DNA of 33,156 nt from Pseudomonadota bacterium (GCA_043718025.1 JAYSWN010000085.1:1-33156); one strand, 5' to 3'; shown: positions 8,203-19,743, counted from the first letter of the stretch. Notes: a model not told the origin generated them from the sequence alone. A program made the numbers and translations.

Positions 8203-11200
8203 GTGAATTTTAACTTGTTTTGTAAGGAGTTTTTTAATTTGTATCGTGCCATCTACAAGATACTGAGCGGGGTGATTTTGCTCTTCATCCTATTGCTTCC
8301 GCGCCCGGCCTCCGCCGAAGGTTTTGGCGTGCCCGACCCACGCGGGATTGGAAATTTTCAAATACGCTCAGCGCTCTACTCCAATGTGACCGGTACCTAC
8401 GATGCTTACGCTCGCTACCTCGTGTTGGGTCGGGTGTGGTCGGGCACGCAGTTTCTGGGGTTGATTGGTTCCTACGCGGTTAACGATGGCCGGCAAGACG
8501 TGAACTTTGGTCGGGGGTTGGGCGCAGGTTTTTTAGGTAGCCCGAGTAGTTCTAATCCGCGGGTGCTTAGAGACTATACCAACGGCACGCGCATTTTTGA
8601 TTTGGGTTACGCCAATACCGCGGGTGACGGAGAAGACAATCTTTTTATCGACGTCGTAGAAGTGGACACCACCAACCATGAATACATTGCCCTTGCCCGA
8701 AGCCAGACGACGCCATCGGGGTCGATCGCCTATTACGAAGGGTTTCTGGTTAAGTTTGATCGTTTTGGCAAATTAATTACTACGTTTGGTACCAACGGAA
8801 TACTTGATCTAAACTGGCAGTCCTCAACGAATCACGCAATCGTAAGGGGCCTTGCGCTTGATCCCAATGTAACGAACCCGAGAATTCTCGTGGTCGGGGC
8901 GGTAGGCACTTACTCGGGTGGCTTTGTGCCGAAGATGGAGGCGTATAACATTACCGGCGCGACTCCGAGCGTAGGGGTGGTTACCAACCCTGCTTGTACT
9001 CCCGGCACCCAATGGACTTCGGCGATTTCAAGCGATGCTACGCCGGTGGGGGTAGCGTTTTCAGTCTCCGCTAATACTTATTACGTTGCGCTTTCAGATT
9101 TTAAGTTTAGTTCAACTAACGGTAACCGCAAATCCTACGCTTGGAAAATCACGGGGGGTGCCACTCCAGCCGCCGCGACTTGCACCGCGACGCTCGATTC
9201 TCACCCGTTCATGTCGTCTGACACCAATTTTAGTAACCCTTGGAATGACACCGTACTGGCGGGGGTGAGGAGTAATGACATCACTGGCTCGACCCAAGTG
9301 CACTTTGTTGGTGCCACCCGAACGCATACTATAACTCCTGCGCTCACTGGTCCGTTTCACTGCTTCATCGCTCACACTGATTCAGCATTGGCGCACATCA
9401 GCCCCGAACCTGGCTTTGTGCAAGTGCCGGGTTACGGTCCGACCCTCTATGATAGCCAGAGCTACTCGGTATTTAACTCCGACGTAACCAGCCCGGAAGG
9501 GCCGCGCTACGACTGTTTTCTTAACGACGTGTTGGCGGTAGACGCGGGTGCCTCCGCTTACAAATTGGTGGTCGGTGGCGCCGCTTTTAATCTGGATGCA
9601 TTGGCGGGCCCCATTGATGGCTCATCCACAACCTGCCTGCTTGGAAATAGTAACTGCCAGGTGGGCAACTATGACTTTTTTGTGGCCACGACCAATAACG
9701 CCGCCGCATCGCTTAAGCACATTTCAAAGGGTCCCGAAGGGCCGGGCGACGATGTGATCAATAAGCTGGGCTTTTTTTCGGGGACCATCACCTCCGAAGA
9801 TTTCTATGCAATTGCACGTACCGCCAACACCTCAAGGTTTGCCGGGGCACAAACGTTACAGGTGCGGAATATTGAAGATTGGGACCCTATCTCTACTACC
9901 GGCGAGCCTACCGCGCGAGGGCGTTATTCGGCGGTGTGGACCGGGCAAAAAATGGTGGTCTGGGGTGGTTTTGATGGCACTAACTATAAAAGTGACGGGG
10001 CGATTTACGATCCGGTGGCCGATACTTGGGGCGCGGTTGAGAACACCACCGGCGTACCTGCGGAGCGGGCGGACCATCCTGCGGTGTGGAACGGTTATCA
10101 CATGTTTACGTGGGGTGGGCAAAACACCAACGGCGTGCTGGCAGATGGCTACAAGCTCACTTTTACCTCGACCGACACCAACGGCGCTTGGACCGCGATG
10201 GTTGCGACTAGCCAACCGTCCGTACGCTACCGCCACACTCTTAATTTCACGCACACCGACACCAACTCAGTCGGCTACCTGGCGGTCTTTGGCGGCGCTA
10301 ATGCTGCTGGTACCGCGAAGGATGACGGTGGTCTTTACAATGTGAACACTAATGTCTGGACCGCAATCGCCGCGACCGGTACTGCGCGCGCGGGTCACGT
10401 TGGAGTTTGGGACTCGGGTCGAAAAAAGTTAATCGTGTGGGGCGGCTACTCGGGCAATAGCACCGCAACGGGACAAGATACCGGCGGTGAATTTGATCCG
10501 TTCACGTCAACCTGGACGGCAATAACCACCGGCGGGGGCGCACGCACTTACGCCGCTGGCGCCTATGACGGTCGGAATATGCTTATTTTCGGAGGACGCG
10601 ACACCTCCGATACCGTTTTAGGTACGGGTAACAGGTACAACACGCTCACCCCCGGGTGGACTGCAATGTCGGCCACCCTCAGGCCCAGTGCCCGCGATGC
10701 GATGGCGGCCGTTTGGAACGGGGCCAGTTTTATGATTTGGGGCGGCTGGAACGGGAGTGCGGCAATAGCTACCGGAGCGTACTACAATCCCATCGCTGAC
10801 ACTTGGACTACGATAACTGCCACCGGCGCGCCGACGGCGCGATATCAAATCACTGGCGTGTGGACGGGAGAGCGCTTTCTAGTGCCGACCGGCAAAAGTG
10901 CGACAGGCGCCAGCGGGCAGTACACCCCTGGAAATGTGATTACGCACCCTAGCCGTGATGTGTGGTCCACGATCACCGAGACCGGCGTGCCCACGGCGCG
11001 CAGTCGCCACTCCACGGTGTGGACGGGCAAAGAGATGATTGTCTGGGGCGGATTGAACAGCAGTGGAAACGCATTGCAGAGCGGCGGTCGTTATGACCCT
11101 GTGGCAAACACCTGGACTGGCACGGACACGAACGATGCGGATACTCCGGGAGCTCGCAAAAATCACACGGCGGTATGGACGGGTACGGAGATGATAGTGT

Positions 11201-12138
11201 GGGGAGGGAGCAATGATGTCGATGATGGTTCGGGAGACTCTACAACCGAGCTTAGCACCGGGTCACGGTATGATCCGTCAGAACCCGGCACTAGCACTTG
11301 GATACCCGTAACGAACACGAGCGCCCCGACGGTTCGCCAGCTACATCAGGCAGTATGGGCCTATTCAGGAACCAACTCCACAACTTGGAACGGTAAGATG
11401 GTGGTTTGGGGCGGCATCGATGACGGCGCTCCTAAACTCGACGGTAAATATTACCGTCCAGACAACGATTCGTGGACCGCATTGACGGGTAGCGGTTTTA
11501 TTGGCGACGGCCGTATCGGTATGGCGATGTGGTTTGATGGAAAAAATATTGGCATCTGGGGCGGCAATAAAACTGACTGGACCTCGCCCACCGACATTGC
11601 GACCGGATCGATGCTCGACTTAAGCGCTAACAGCACTTGGGTTACCATAAGCACCCTGAACGCGCCAACGGCGCGCACCACCAATGCGCTTTGGACCGGA
11701 AAGTATGTGGTGATGTTTGGCGAAAATACCGATGCCACCACGTATCCATTCTGTGACACCACCACGGGTCAGGGGCGGTTTGCTGAAAAACGCGGGGCTC
11801 GTTATGATCCGTTTACAAACTCGGGTACGAATATCGGCACTTGGTTGACGGTTGCCACTACCAACATTCCCAGCTGCACCACTTCGCCCAGTATCGCCTG
11901 GACTGGCTCAAAATTTCTCGTGTGGGGTGGTGCGAGCGGTGCCGGAACGATGTCGTCGGCCGGCGCGGCCTATGATCCGATTTATGATGTGTGGACAACT
12001 CTCGCTACCACCAGCCCGCCCACCGCGCGAAAACGGGCTAGCGGAATTTGGACGGGCAAGACGTTCTTCGTGTGGGGCGGCGTTACGTCGGCCGACCACA
12101 CCGCTCCACTCACCTCGTCGGGGCTCTACCAGCGTTAA
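8203..12138 (+). CDS. Large secreted/surface protein: beta-rich N-terminal region with delta-60-like segments plus 14 Kelch-like repeats (probably two 7-bladed propellers)
   Basis: Signal peptide ending PASA; LVKFDRFGKLITTFGTNG resembles a delta-60 repeat; 14 copies of PTAR..H.AVWTG..M.VWGG...G..YDP..DTW. Confidence 0.85.
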   Translation: MNFNLFCKEFFNLYRAIYKILSGVILLFILLLPRPASAEGFGVPDPRGIGNFQIRSALYSNVTGTYDAYARYLVLGRVWSGTQFLGLIGSYAVNDGRQDVNFGRGLGAGFLGSPSSSNPRVLRDYTNGTRIFDLGYANTAGDGEDNLFIDVVEVDTTNHEYIALARSQTTPSGSIAYYEGFLVKFDRFGKLITTFGTNGILDLNWQSSTNHAIVRGLALDPNVTNPRILVVGAVGTYSGGFVPKMEAYNITGATPSVGVVTNPACTPGTQWTSAISSDATPVGVAFSVSANTYYVALSDFKFSSTNGNRKSYAWKITGGATPAAATCTATLDSHPFMSSDTNFSNPWNDTVLAGVRSNDITGSTQVHFVGATRTHTITPALTGPFHCFIAHTDSALAHISPEPGFVQVPGYGPTLYDSQSYSVFNSDVTSPEGPRYDCFLNDVLAVDAGASAYKLVVGGAAFNLDALAGPIDGSSTTCLLGNSNCQVGNYDFFVATTNNAAASLKHISKGPEGPGDDVINKLGFFSGTITSEDFYAIARTANTSRFAGAQTLQVRNIEDWDPISTTGEPTARGRYSAVWTGQKMVVWGGFDGTNYKSDGAIYDPVADTWGAVENTTGVPAERADHPAVWNGYHMFTWGGQNTNGVLADGYKLTFTSTDTNGAWTAMVATSQPSVRYRHTLNFTHTDTNSVGYLAVFGGANAAGTAKDDGGLYNVNTNVWTAIAATGTARAGHVGVWDSGRKKLIVWGGYSGNSTATGQDTGGEFDPFTSTWTAITTGGGARTYAAGAYDGRNMLIFGGRDTSDTVLGTGNRYNTLTPGWTAMSATLRPSARDAMAAVWNGASFMIWGGWNGSAAIATGAYYNPIADTWTTITATGAPTARYQITGVWTGERFLVPTGKSATGASGQYTPGNVITHPSRDVWSTITETGVPTARSRHSTVWTGKEMIVWGGLNSSGNALQSGGRYDPVANTWTGTDTNDADTPGARKNHTAVWTGTEMIVWGGSNDVDDGSGDSTTELSTGSRYDPSEPGTSTWIPVTNTSAPTVRQLHQAVWAYSGTNSTTWNGKMVVWGGIDDGAPKLDGKYYRPDNDSWTALTGSGFIGDGRIGMAMWFDGKNIGIWGGNKTDWTSPTDIATGSMLDLSANSTWVTISTLNAPTARTTNALWTGKYVVMFGENTDATTYPFCDTTTGQGRFAEKRGARYDPFTNSGTNIGTWLTVATTNIPSCTTSPSIAWTGSKFLVWGGASGAGTMSSAGAAYDPIYDVWTTLATTSPPTARKRASGIWTGKTFFVWGGVTSADHTAPLTSSGLYQR
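9877..12135 (+). repeat. Protein-level tandem repeat array: 14 Kelch-like units of about 47-68 aa
   Basis: Counted in the translation from DWDPISTTGEPTAR to the C-terminus. Diverged at the DNA level. Confidence 0.85.
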
Positions 12139-13412
12139 CTGCGCTCAAGCCAAATTAAAAATACCGCTATCACTGAAATTGCGTAGAGCATCGGTTTTAC
12201 CTCTTTGGCTCGCCCCGCCATGACGTACAACACCACGTAGCTAATAAATCCCCACAGAATTCCCTGGGTAATCGAAAAGGAGAGGGGAATAAGTACGATG
12301 GTGAGGTAAGCGGGCACTGTGTCTTCAAGGTTTTTGAAATCGAGCTGCCCCAGGCTTCGAAACATCAGCGCGCCGACTAAAATCAGAACCGGCGCGGTAG
12401 CAAAGGCCGGCACCATTGCGGCCAGTGGCGCCAAGAAGAGGCAGGGCACAAAACAGAGCGCAGTAAAAACTGAAGTCCAGCCGGTGCGGCCACCCACTTC
12501 AATGCCCGCGGCACTCTCGATGTACGCCGTACCCGACGAGGTGCCAAATACTCCGGCCAGCAGGGTGGCGAAACTATCGACGATAAGCCCCTCTTTCAGG
12601 CGCGGCATATCGCCGTTTTTATCGACTAATTTGGCGGCTTGCGCCACCCCCACAAAAGTAGAAAGGGAGTCGAACAGGTCGGTAAACATCAGTGAAATAA
12701 TTGCCGGCAAAAGCGAAAGTTGTAGGGCACCCCCAATGTCTAATTTAAATAGAGCACTAAAATCAGGGGCGGCCACCAAAGCGGCGGGCTTTTGCACCAG
12801 ACCTAGCGCCAATCCGATCGCGGTGAGACCCAGTAGGGTGACAAGAAAAGCGAACGGGTTCTTTCTCCTCATAAAATAAACCGCCGAAGCTACGCCGAGT
12901 AAGCTTAATACCGCCGGCAAATGCATGGGGCCGAGGCGAACCAACGTTGCCGCATCCGGCACCACAATGCCGGCATTCTTAAAGCCGATAAAGGTGAGAA
13001 AAATTCCAATTCCAGCGGCCGCCCCGATGCGCAGTGAATGGGGGATGGCGCGGGCAAGCCATAAGCGTAGTGGCGTGGCTGAGATAAGCAAAAACAAAAC
13101 GCCCGACCAAAACACCATGCCCAGCGCCACGGTCCAGGGCACTTTCTTTCCCAAAATGAGGGTATACGTGAAGAACGCGTTGACGCCCATTCCCGGCGCC
13201 ACCGCGAAGGGCAATCGTGCGTACAGTCCCATCATCAGCGTCATGGTGCCCGCCAGCAACACGGTGGCGGTCATCGCGCCGCTAAAGGGAATTCCCGTGC
13301 CGGGCGAAGCTAAAATAGCCGGGTTCACCACTACGATGTACGCCATGGTAAAAAACGTGGTGACGCCGGCAATGGCTTCGGTTTTTAAATTCACGCCCCG
13401 GCGTGAGATCAC
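12135..13412 (-). CDS. NCS2/AzgA-family purine (adenine/guanine/hypoxanthine) permease
   Basis: TEAIAGVTTFFTMAYIVVVNP, APGMG.NAFF and YIESAAGIEVGGRTG signatures; many TM helices. GTG start overlaps the ade stop (GTGA). Confidence 0.93.
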   Translation of the reverse strand: MISRRGVNLKTEAIAGVTTFFTMAYIVVVNPAILASPGTGIPFSGAMTATVLLAGTMTLMMGLYARLPFAVAPGMGVNAFFTYTLILGKKVPWTVALGMVFWSGVLFLLISATPLRLWLARAIPHSLRIGAAAGIGIFLTFIGFKNAGIVVPDAATLVRLGPMHLPAVLSLLGVASAVYFMRRKNPFAFLVTLLGLTAIGLALGLVQKPAALVAAPDFSALFKLDIGGALQLSLLPAIISLMFTDLFDSLSTFVGVAQAAKLVDKNGDMPRLKEGLIVDSFATLLAGVFGTSSGTAYIESAAGIEVGGRTGWTSVFTALCFVPCLFLAPLAAMVPAFATAPVLILVGALMFRSLGQLDFKNLEDTVPAYLTIVLIPLSFSITQGILWGFISYVVLYVMAGRAKEVKPMLYAISVIAVFLIWLERS

Positions 13413-15103
13413 GCGGCCACCGAAATAATTTTAAATTGCTCTACATCCACCAGCCCTTGGTCGGTGAGTTTAAGTGAAGGAATGACCGGCAGGCTCAAAA
13501 AAGCCAACTGTAAAAAAGGTTCGGCCAGTTCGCACTTCACCGCGCGGCTGGCGGCGCGAAGTTCTTTAAGCTTGCGCTCAACGTGTTTCAATCCGTCGCC
13601 GGTCATCAGGCCGCCAAACTGGAGATCTAGCGAAGCGATCACTTGTCCTTCGTTTACGACGACAAATCCGCCCCCCACTTTGGCTAGGTGCTTGGCCGCT
13701 ACCTGCATGTCAGTGGCCTTTTTGCCAACCAGAATCAGGTTGTGGCTGTCGTGCCCAACGCTGGCGCCAATGGCTCCGGTAAATCCGGCGCCAAAGCCGC
13801 GCACGTAACCGTTAGCGGGTTTACTTTTGTGTCCGTAGCGTTCGACCACCGAGAGCCGACAGACACCCGCCGCATCCGATTTTTCGATCGAGCGTTCGGT
13901 TAAGATTTTGCCCGGCACTACGCCGATAACATGAACATTGCCGGTTGGCCCCTCAAAGGCTGCCGGAGAATCGGGCAGAGCGGCGCGAATGGTGTTTTCA
14001 AAGTGGCGCGCCTCTAAACCCACAAATTCAATTTCTGAAACCACGTTTCCACTCTTCCACACTTCTCCCACCGTGCAGCTTGGCGCGTCGTCTAATAAAA
14101 CTAAGTCGGCGGTGTAGCCCGGCGCCACGCCGCCCAATTGTCTTAGGCCATAGTGGCGCGCCACCGACCACGAGGCCGCTCGGTAGGCCACTTCAACCGG
14201 CACGCCGGCGCGAATTGCTTTGCGGATTAAGAAATCGATGTGCCCCTCTTCGGCGATGTCTAAAGGGTTTCGGTCGTCGGTGCAAAAACCTAACGTGGTT
14301 GAGGTGGCCATAGTGAGCAGCGGAATCAAAGTGTCTAAATCTTTAGCTACGCTGCCTTCGCGAATCCAAACCGCCATGCCTTTGCTCACCTTTTCGCGGG
14401 CCTCGTCAAGCTCGGTGCATTCGTGGCAGCTTGAAATTCCGGCGGCCAAGTAAGCCGACAGCGCATTGCCGCGTAGCAAGGGGCTGTGGCCGTCGATGGG
14501 GCGCCCTTCAAAGCTTGCTAGCTTCTCGAGTACAGATTTGTCGCCGTAAAGTACGCCCGGCATATTCATCACTTCGGCCAAACCAAGCGCTTTAGGGTGG
14601 GATAAGAGCGGCACAAGGTCAGCGGCCTGTAAATGGCCACCGCCGTTGGTTTCCATTTCGGTGGCCGGGACGCAAGACGACAGCATCACCCGCAGGTTAA
14701 GCGCCATCGACTCGGCGGCGGTTAAGAAATGCTGAATTCCTTTTACGCCCATTACGTTGGCCAGCTCGTGCGGATCGCAAATCGCGGTGGTGGTGCCGCG
14801 GGGAATCACCGCCTTTTCAAATTCGTGGGGTAGCAGCATTGAACTTTCGATGTGCACGTGCGCATCCAAAAAGCCGGGCACCAAGTGCTTACCTTTACCG
14901 TTCCATTCGCGTTTAGCCGACAGGCCTGACTCCACGCCAACAATCACGCCGTCGATAAAAGCGATGTCGCCCCGGCGCCATTCACAGCTGAAGACGTCGA
15001 GGTAGGTCGTGTCGCGGATGATGCCGTCGCAAGCAATTTTACCTTGGGCGGCGGCGACGCGGCGCTCGATCGCTTTTACTCTTTCTGCGGTGGCCGACTT
15101 CAT
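13409..15103 (-). CDS. ade: Adenine deaminase (amidohydrolase family)
   Basis: DAHVHIESSM, DPHE, AEVMN, DGHSP, HECT, IREGS, CTDD, HDSHN and LSLPVIPSLKLTD motifs. Confidence 0.95.
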   Translation of the reverse strand: MKSATAERVKAIERRVAAAQGKIACDGIIRDTTYLDVFSCEWRRGDIAFIDGVIVGVESGLSAKREWNGKGKHLVPGFLDAHVHIESSMLLPHEFEKAVIPRGTTTAICDPHELANVMGVKGIQHFLTAAESMALNLRVMLSSCVPATEMETNGGGHLQAADLVPLLSHPKALGLAEVMNMPGVLYGDKSVLEKLASFEGRPIDGHSPLLRGNALSAYLAAGISSCHECTELDEAREKVSKGMAVWIREGSVAKDLDTLIPLLTMATSTTLGFCTDDRNPLDIAEEGHIDFLIRKAIRAGVPVEVAYRAASWSVARHYGLRQLGGVAPGYTADLVLLDDAPSCTVGEVWKSGNVVSEIEFVGLEARHFENTIRAALPDSPAAFEGPTGNVHVIGVVPGKILTERSIEKSDAAGVCRLSVVERYGHKSKPANGYVRGFGAGFTGAIGASVGHDSHNLILVGKKATDMQVAAKHLAKVGGGFVVVNEGQVIASLDLQFGGLMTGDGLKHVERKLKELRAASRAVKCELAEPFLQLAFLSLPVIPSLKLTDQGLVDVEQFKIISVAA

Positions 15104-15574
15104 TTAGTAGACCTTTCCTTTTTTCAAAAGTTTCCACTCTTGAAACAGCTCGGCGCACTCTCTTTGCAGCACGCCAGAGTTCACCTTAAGGGGGCTGCCC
15201 CCTTGCCTAACCATGTCCTGCGCTGAAATGGTCAGCTCCGAAAAGCCAGCGCTTTCTGCATCGTCGATCGTGGCGCCAAAGTACATTGTATCGATCTTAG
15301 CCCAGTGAGTGGCGGTCAGGCACATTGGGCATGGTTCGCAGGTGGTGAACATCGTACAACCCGACAGATCGATGGTGCCCAACGCTTTGGCCGCCGCCCG
15401 AATGCAATTCACCTCAGCGTGGGCCGAGGGGTCGGTAGTGGCCCACACCGTGTTGTGGGTTGCGGCAATTAATTTATCGCCTTTGTAGATCGCGCAACCA
15501 AAGGGGCTTTGGCCGTTAAAAATGCCTTCACGGGCTTTTTCGATGGCCCGCATCATCGCTTCTTCTACTTGCAT
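15104..15574 (-). CDS. guaD: Zinc-dependent nucleobase deaminase (cytidine-deaminase fold), probably guanine deaminase
   Basis: PFG, DPSAHAEVNCIR and CEPCPMC zinc motifs; WAKI; located in a purine operon. Confidence 0.78.
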   Translation of the reverse strand: MQVEEAMMRAIEKAREGIFNGQSPFGCAIYKGDKLIAATHNTVWATTDPSAHAEVNCIRAAAKALGTIDLSGCTMFTTCEPCPMCLTATHWAKIDTMYFGATIDDAESAGFSELTISAQDMVRQGGSPLKVNSGVLQRECAELFQEWKLLKKGKVY

Positions 15575-16422
15575 TAGATCTGATTTAACGCCCGGGCGTG
15601 GTGCTCCAGGTGCTCCTTTATAAAACTGCTTACGAAATAATAACTGTGATCGTAGCCACTGCGCCGGCGCAAGGTGAGGGGGTAGTTCGCCGCCGCACAG
15701 GCCCGCTCTAATTTTTCAGGCATTAGCTGCGTTGCCAAAAATCTATCGTCGGTACCAATATCGACCAGCAGTTCAATTTTAGCTTTAGCCTTGGCCACCA
15801 AAAGGTGGGTATCGTACTCGGCCCACGTGGCTTTGTTCACGCCCAGGTAATGGGTAAAGGCTTTTTCTCCCCACGGGCATAGGCTAGGGGCGGCGATGGG
15901 CGAGAACGCCGATGCCGATCGGTAGCGCCCCGCCTCTTTCAGCGCGATAACCAGGGCGCCGTGTCCGCCCATGGAGTGGCCAGAAATGCCCGACAGTTCA
16001 CCCGCCACCGGAAATTCTTTTTCCACCAAGGTGCGCAGCTCTTTGGTGATGTAGTCGTACATGCGGTAATTCTTAGCCCACGGCTCTTGCGTGGAGTTTA
16101 CGTAGAAACTGGCTGCCACTCCCAAATCCCAACTGTCGGTTTCGCCGGCCACGCCAGCCCCGCGCGGGCTGGTATCGGGGCAGACGATCATGAGTCCCAG
16201 CTCCGCCGCCCATTTTTGGGCGCTGGCCTTGGCCATAAAGTTTTCTTCGGAGCACTCAAGGCCAGATAGCCAATACAGCACCGGCACTTTTTTAGTTGCG
16301 GCCTGAGGTGGACGAAACAGCGAGAACTTCATGGCGGTGTGCGTGGTGGTCGAAGCGTGGCTATAAAATTCAACCGTGCCTTCGAAGCTACGAAATTTTT
16401 TTTCTAACTTTAACGTCGACAT
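15574..16422 (-). CDS. fghA: S-formylglutathione hydrolase
   Basis: LYWLSGLEC.EENF, PDTSPRG, nucleophile GHSMGGHGA, GYDHSYYF. Confidence 0.96.
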   Translation of the reverse strand: MSTLKLEKKFRSFEGTVEFYSHASTTTHTAMKFSLFRPPQAATKKVPVLYWLSGLECSEENFMAKASAQKWAAELGLMIVCPDTSPRGAGVAGETDSWDLGVAASFYVNSTQEPWAKNYRMYDYITKELRTLVEKEFPVAGELSGISGHSMGGHGALVIALKEAGRYRSASAFSPIAAPSLCPWGEKAFTHYLGVNKATWAEYDTHLLVAKAKAKIELLVDIGTDDRFLATQLMPEKLERACAAANYPLTLRRRSGYDHSYYFVSSFIKEHLEHHARALNQI

Positions 16423-16430
16423 AGAAACTC

Positions 16431-17543
<1,113 letters not shown>

Positions 17544-17651
17544 TTAGGCTCCTTCAAAATAGGAAAATTACGGCTTTTCTTGAAAAAATCGGTTGAAGAT
17601 TAGGCTTAGCGTTTGGGATGGTAAAGGCAAAAAGCCAAAGGCGGAAATAGC

Positions 17652-18086
17652 ATGAATGAAATAAGGCCAATTACCTCGAAAACCGGTCTGGAAAAGGCCC
17701 TTGGTGTTCTTAAGGAGCTGAGGCCGCAGCTTGATTTGCCGGCGTTTGAAAGGCTGTACCGCGCGGCGCATGAGGCCGACGGCTACACCCTGGTGGGGCT
17801 TTTTAGTTCCGCTCAAAGCGAAGCACCCATCGCCGTAATGGGCTACCGCGTGCTGCACGATTTTGCTCACGGTAGGCACCTCTACGTAGATGACTTGGTG
17901 ACCACCGCCCACTCTCGTTCTTGCGGCGCCGGCGCCGCCCTTTTAAAATTTTCCGAAGAAGAGGCAGCCCGTTTGGAGTGCAATGCGCTAAGACTTTGCA
18001 CCGGAATTGAAAACGAACGCGGCAAGAAGTTTTACGAGCGCGAGGGGTGGATGCTTCGGGCGGTGGCTTACAAGAAGCCACTTTAA
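17652..18086 (+). CDS. GNAT family N-acetyltransferase
   Basis: LYVDDLVT...RSCGAGAALL acetyl-CoA motif and N..GKKFYEREGW. Confidence 0.88.
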   Translation: MNEIRPITSKTGLEKALGVLKELRPQLDLPAFERLYRAAHEADGYTLVGLFSSAQSEAPIAVMGYRVLHDFAHGRHLYVDDLVTTAHSRSCGAGAALLKFSEEEAARLECNALRLCTGIENERGKKFYEREGWMLRAVAYKKPL

Positions 18087-18163
18087 CTCGGGCACCGGGT
18101 GGCACGCTTGAGAAAGACCCGCCGATTTACGGGCTAATAGCCGGTTTTCTCAGGCTTTTTCGG

Positions 18164-18193
18164 TTAAGCTTTTTTGCACGTTTGGCCGATAAG
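18164..18193 (+). promoter_or_regulatory. Sigma28 (FliA)-like promoter
   Basis: TTAAGC-N15-GCCGATAAG, ending 8 nt upstream of the GTG at 18202, which implies a near-leaderless mRNA or a later start. Confidence 0.7.
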
Positions 18194-18201
18194 CTCTAGA
18201 C

Positions 18202-19188
18202 GTGTTTCGGGTTCAGAAAAAATTAGAGCGGCACTTTATTTACCGGGGCTGGGCCCTGGCGCGAGCATTGGCGTATGGCGCGGCGGTATTTTGGTTTCTT
18301 CGGGCTTTGATCCCGGCGGCGCTGCGATCTGATTTCTCAACATTCGGCCCGCAGATCGGTCAGCTTGGTTTGGGCTTCGGCCTTTGGTTGGCTTTCGAAT
18401 TTGTGGTCGAAAAAGCGTTCACTTGGCAGTCGCGTCCAAAGAAGAAAAAGGCCGATCCTAAAGCGGCGAAGGCCCGTAAGCTCCCCCCCATGCGGGTTTT
18501 TTATCGTCGGCTTTCCTTGGCCCATTTAATTCCGGGGCGTCCCAATCCAGTTTTGGTGGGTTTAAGCGAGCAGGATATGGAATATGTTCTGCCCTTTCGC
18601 CTGTACTTATCGTTTCGCTATCTGCTTTACGTGGCGGTTGGTCTTATCACTTTAATGGTAATTGCCGCCGATCCTGTCGCCCATAAAATTTGGCCGGGTG
18701 AGGGGTACCTCGGTACCTTAGTCCCGTTTTTTTTGATTCGTGCGGTGGAAAGTGCGCTGCTCTACTTGTTTTTGGGTTCGGTGATGTCGGGCGAAGACAT
18801 TAATGGGGCTAAAACAACTCGCTTCTTTGCCTTTGAGCCCACCGCTTCGTTCTCGAAGCGTCTCACCCTACCTATTCTTGACCGAAAAGCGTGGCTCGTA
18901 TCCTTGCACCCATTTGGTAATCGCTGGCCTAAAATCATCTGGTGGGCAGTTCGAATCGCCCTGATCGTGATCACCGTGATGGTGGCGGAAGCGGCGGGTA
19001 GCTTAAATATTGGGTACCCTCGATTGATAACGCATGCCCTGACTTGGCTCATGCCATTGTCCGTGATCTACTTCGCCACTGCGTTCGAACGTATGGTGGG
19101 GTACCTGGCCTTCTTTCCCGCGGTTAAGAAGAAAAAGAAGGCCGAAGATACCGCCACCAAAACCGTTAACTACCAAAAATTGGGTTAG
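18202..19188 (+). CDS. Hypothetical polytopic membrane protein
   Basis: 328-aa ORF with about 6 hydrophobic segments separated by Lys/Arg-rich loops. No recognised family; start uncertain. Confidence 0.75.
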   Translation: MFRVQKKLERHFIYRGWALARALAYGAAVFWFLRALIPAALRSDFSTFGPQIGQLGLGFGLWLAFEFVVEKAFTWQSRPKKKKADPKAAKARKLPPMRVFYRRLSLAHLIPGRPNPVLVGLSEQDMEYVLPFRLYLSFRYLLYVAVGLITLMVIAADPVAHKIWPGEGYLGTLVPFFLIRAVESALLYLFLGSVMSGEDINGAKTTRFFAFEPTASFSKRLTLPILDRKAWLVSLHPFGNRWPKIIWWAVRIALIVITVMVAEAAGSLNIGYPRLITHALTWLMPLSVIYFATAFERMVGYLAFFPAVKKKKKAEDTATKTVNYQKLG

Positions 19189-19204
19189 CCTTTTTTCTTC
19201 CACC

Positions 19205-19708
19205 TTACAGCGTGTTCAACACCGCCAAAGCATTCTCGTAATTTGGCTCGCTGGCGATTTCCGCCACTTGTTCGGTGTAGAGCACTTTGTCATTTTCATC
19301 CAAAACTACCACGGCGCGGGAGCAGAGCCCGGCGAGGCCAGAGTCGGTCATCTGCACCTTCCAGTCCTTGGCAAAAGTACTGCGGAATGAAGACAGCATC
19401 TCTACGTTGTTCAGCCCTTCGGCGCCGCAAAAACGTTTTTGCGCAAAGGGAAGATCGGCGGAGATACAAAGCACGGTCGTGTTCTTCAACGCCGAGGCTT
19501 TTTCATTAAACTTGCGCACGGACATGGCGCAGGTGCCGGTGTCGACACTCGGAAAAATGTTGAGCACTTTCCGTCTTCCTTTGTATTGATTTAAACTGGC
19601 GTCCGACAGATCTAGCTTGGTGAGTTTGAAGTCGGGTGCGGTGGTTCCTTTGCTCGGAAGATCACCGAGCGTGTGAACGGGATTTCCTTTTAACGTAATA
19701 TTGGCCAT
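19205..19708 (-). CDS. tpx: Thiol peroxidase (atypical 2-Cys peroxiredoxin)
   Basis: FPSVDTGTCA and ISADLPFAQKRFCGAEG motifs. Confidence 0.96.
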   Translation of the reverse strand: MANITLKGNPVHTLGDLPSKGTTAPDFKLTKLDLSDASLNQYKGRRKVLNIFPSVDTGTCAMSVRKFNEKASALKNTTVLCISADLPFAQKRFCGAEGLNNVEMLSSFRSTFAKDWKVQMTDSGLAGLCSRAVVVLDENDKVLYTEQVAEIASEPNYENALAVLNTL

Positions 19709-19743
19709 AGGGTCTCCTTGTTGAACCCCTTTCTACACTTGAT

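Noticed and set aside
9877..12135. Kelch repeats as a DGR target or CRISPR-like array
   Set aside because: The repeats are conserved only at the protein level; there is no near-identical template repeat, reverse transcriptase or cas gene.
18108..18154. Small branched hairpin (TGAGAAA/TTTCTCA) after the GNAT gene
   Set aside because: Short stems that could be a weak terminator or chance; no independent support.
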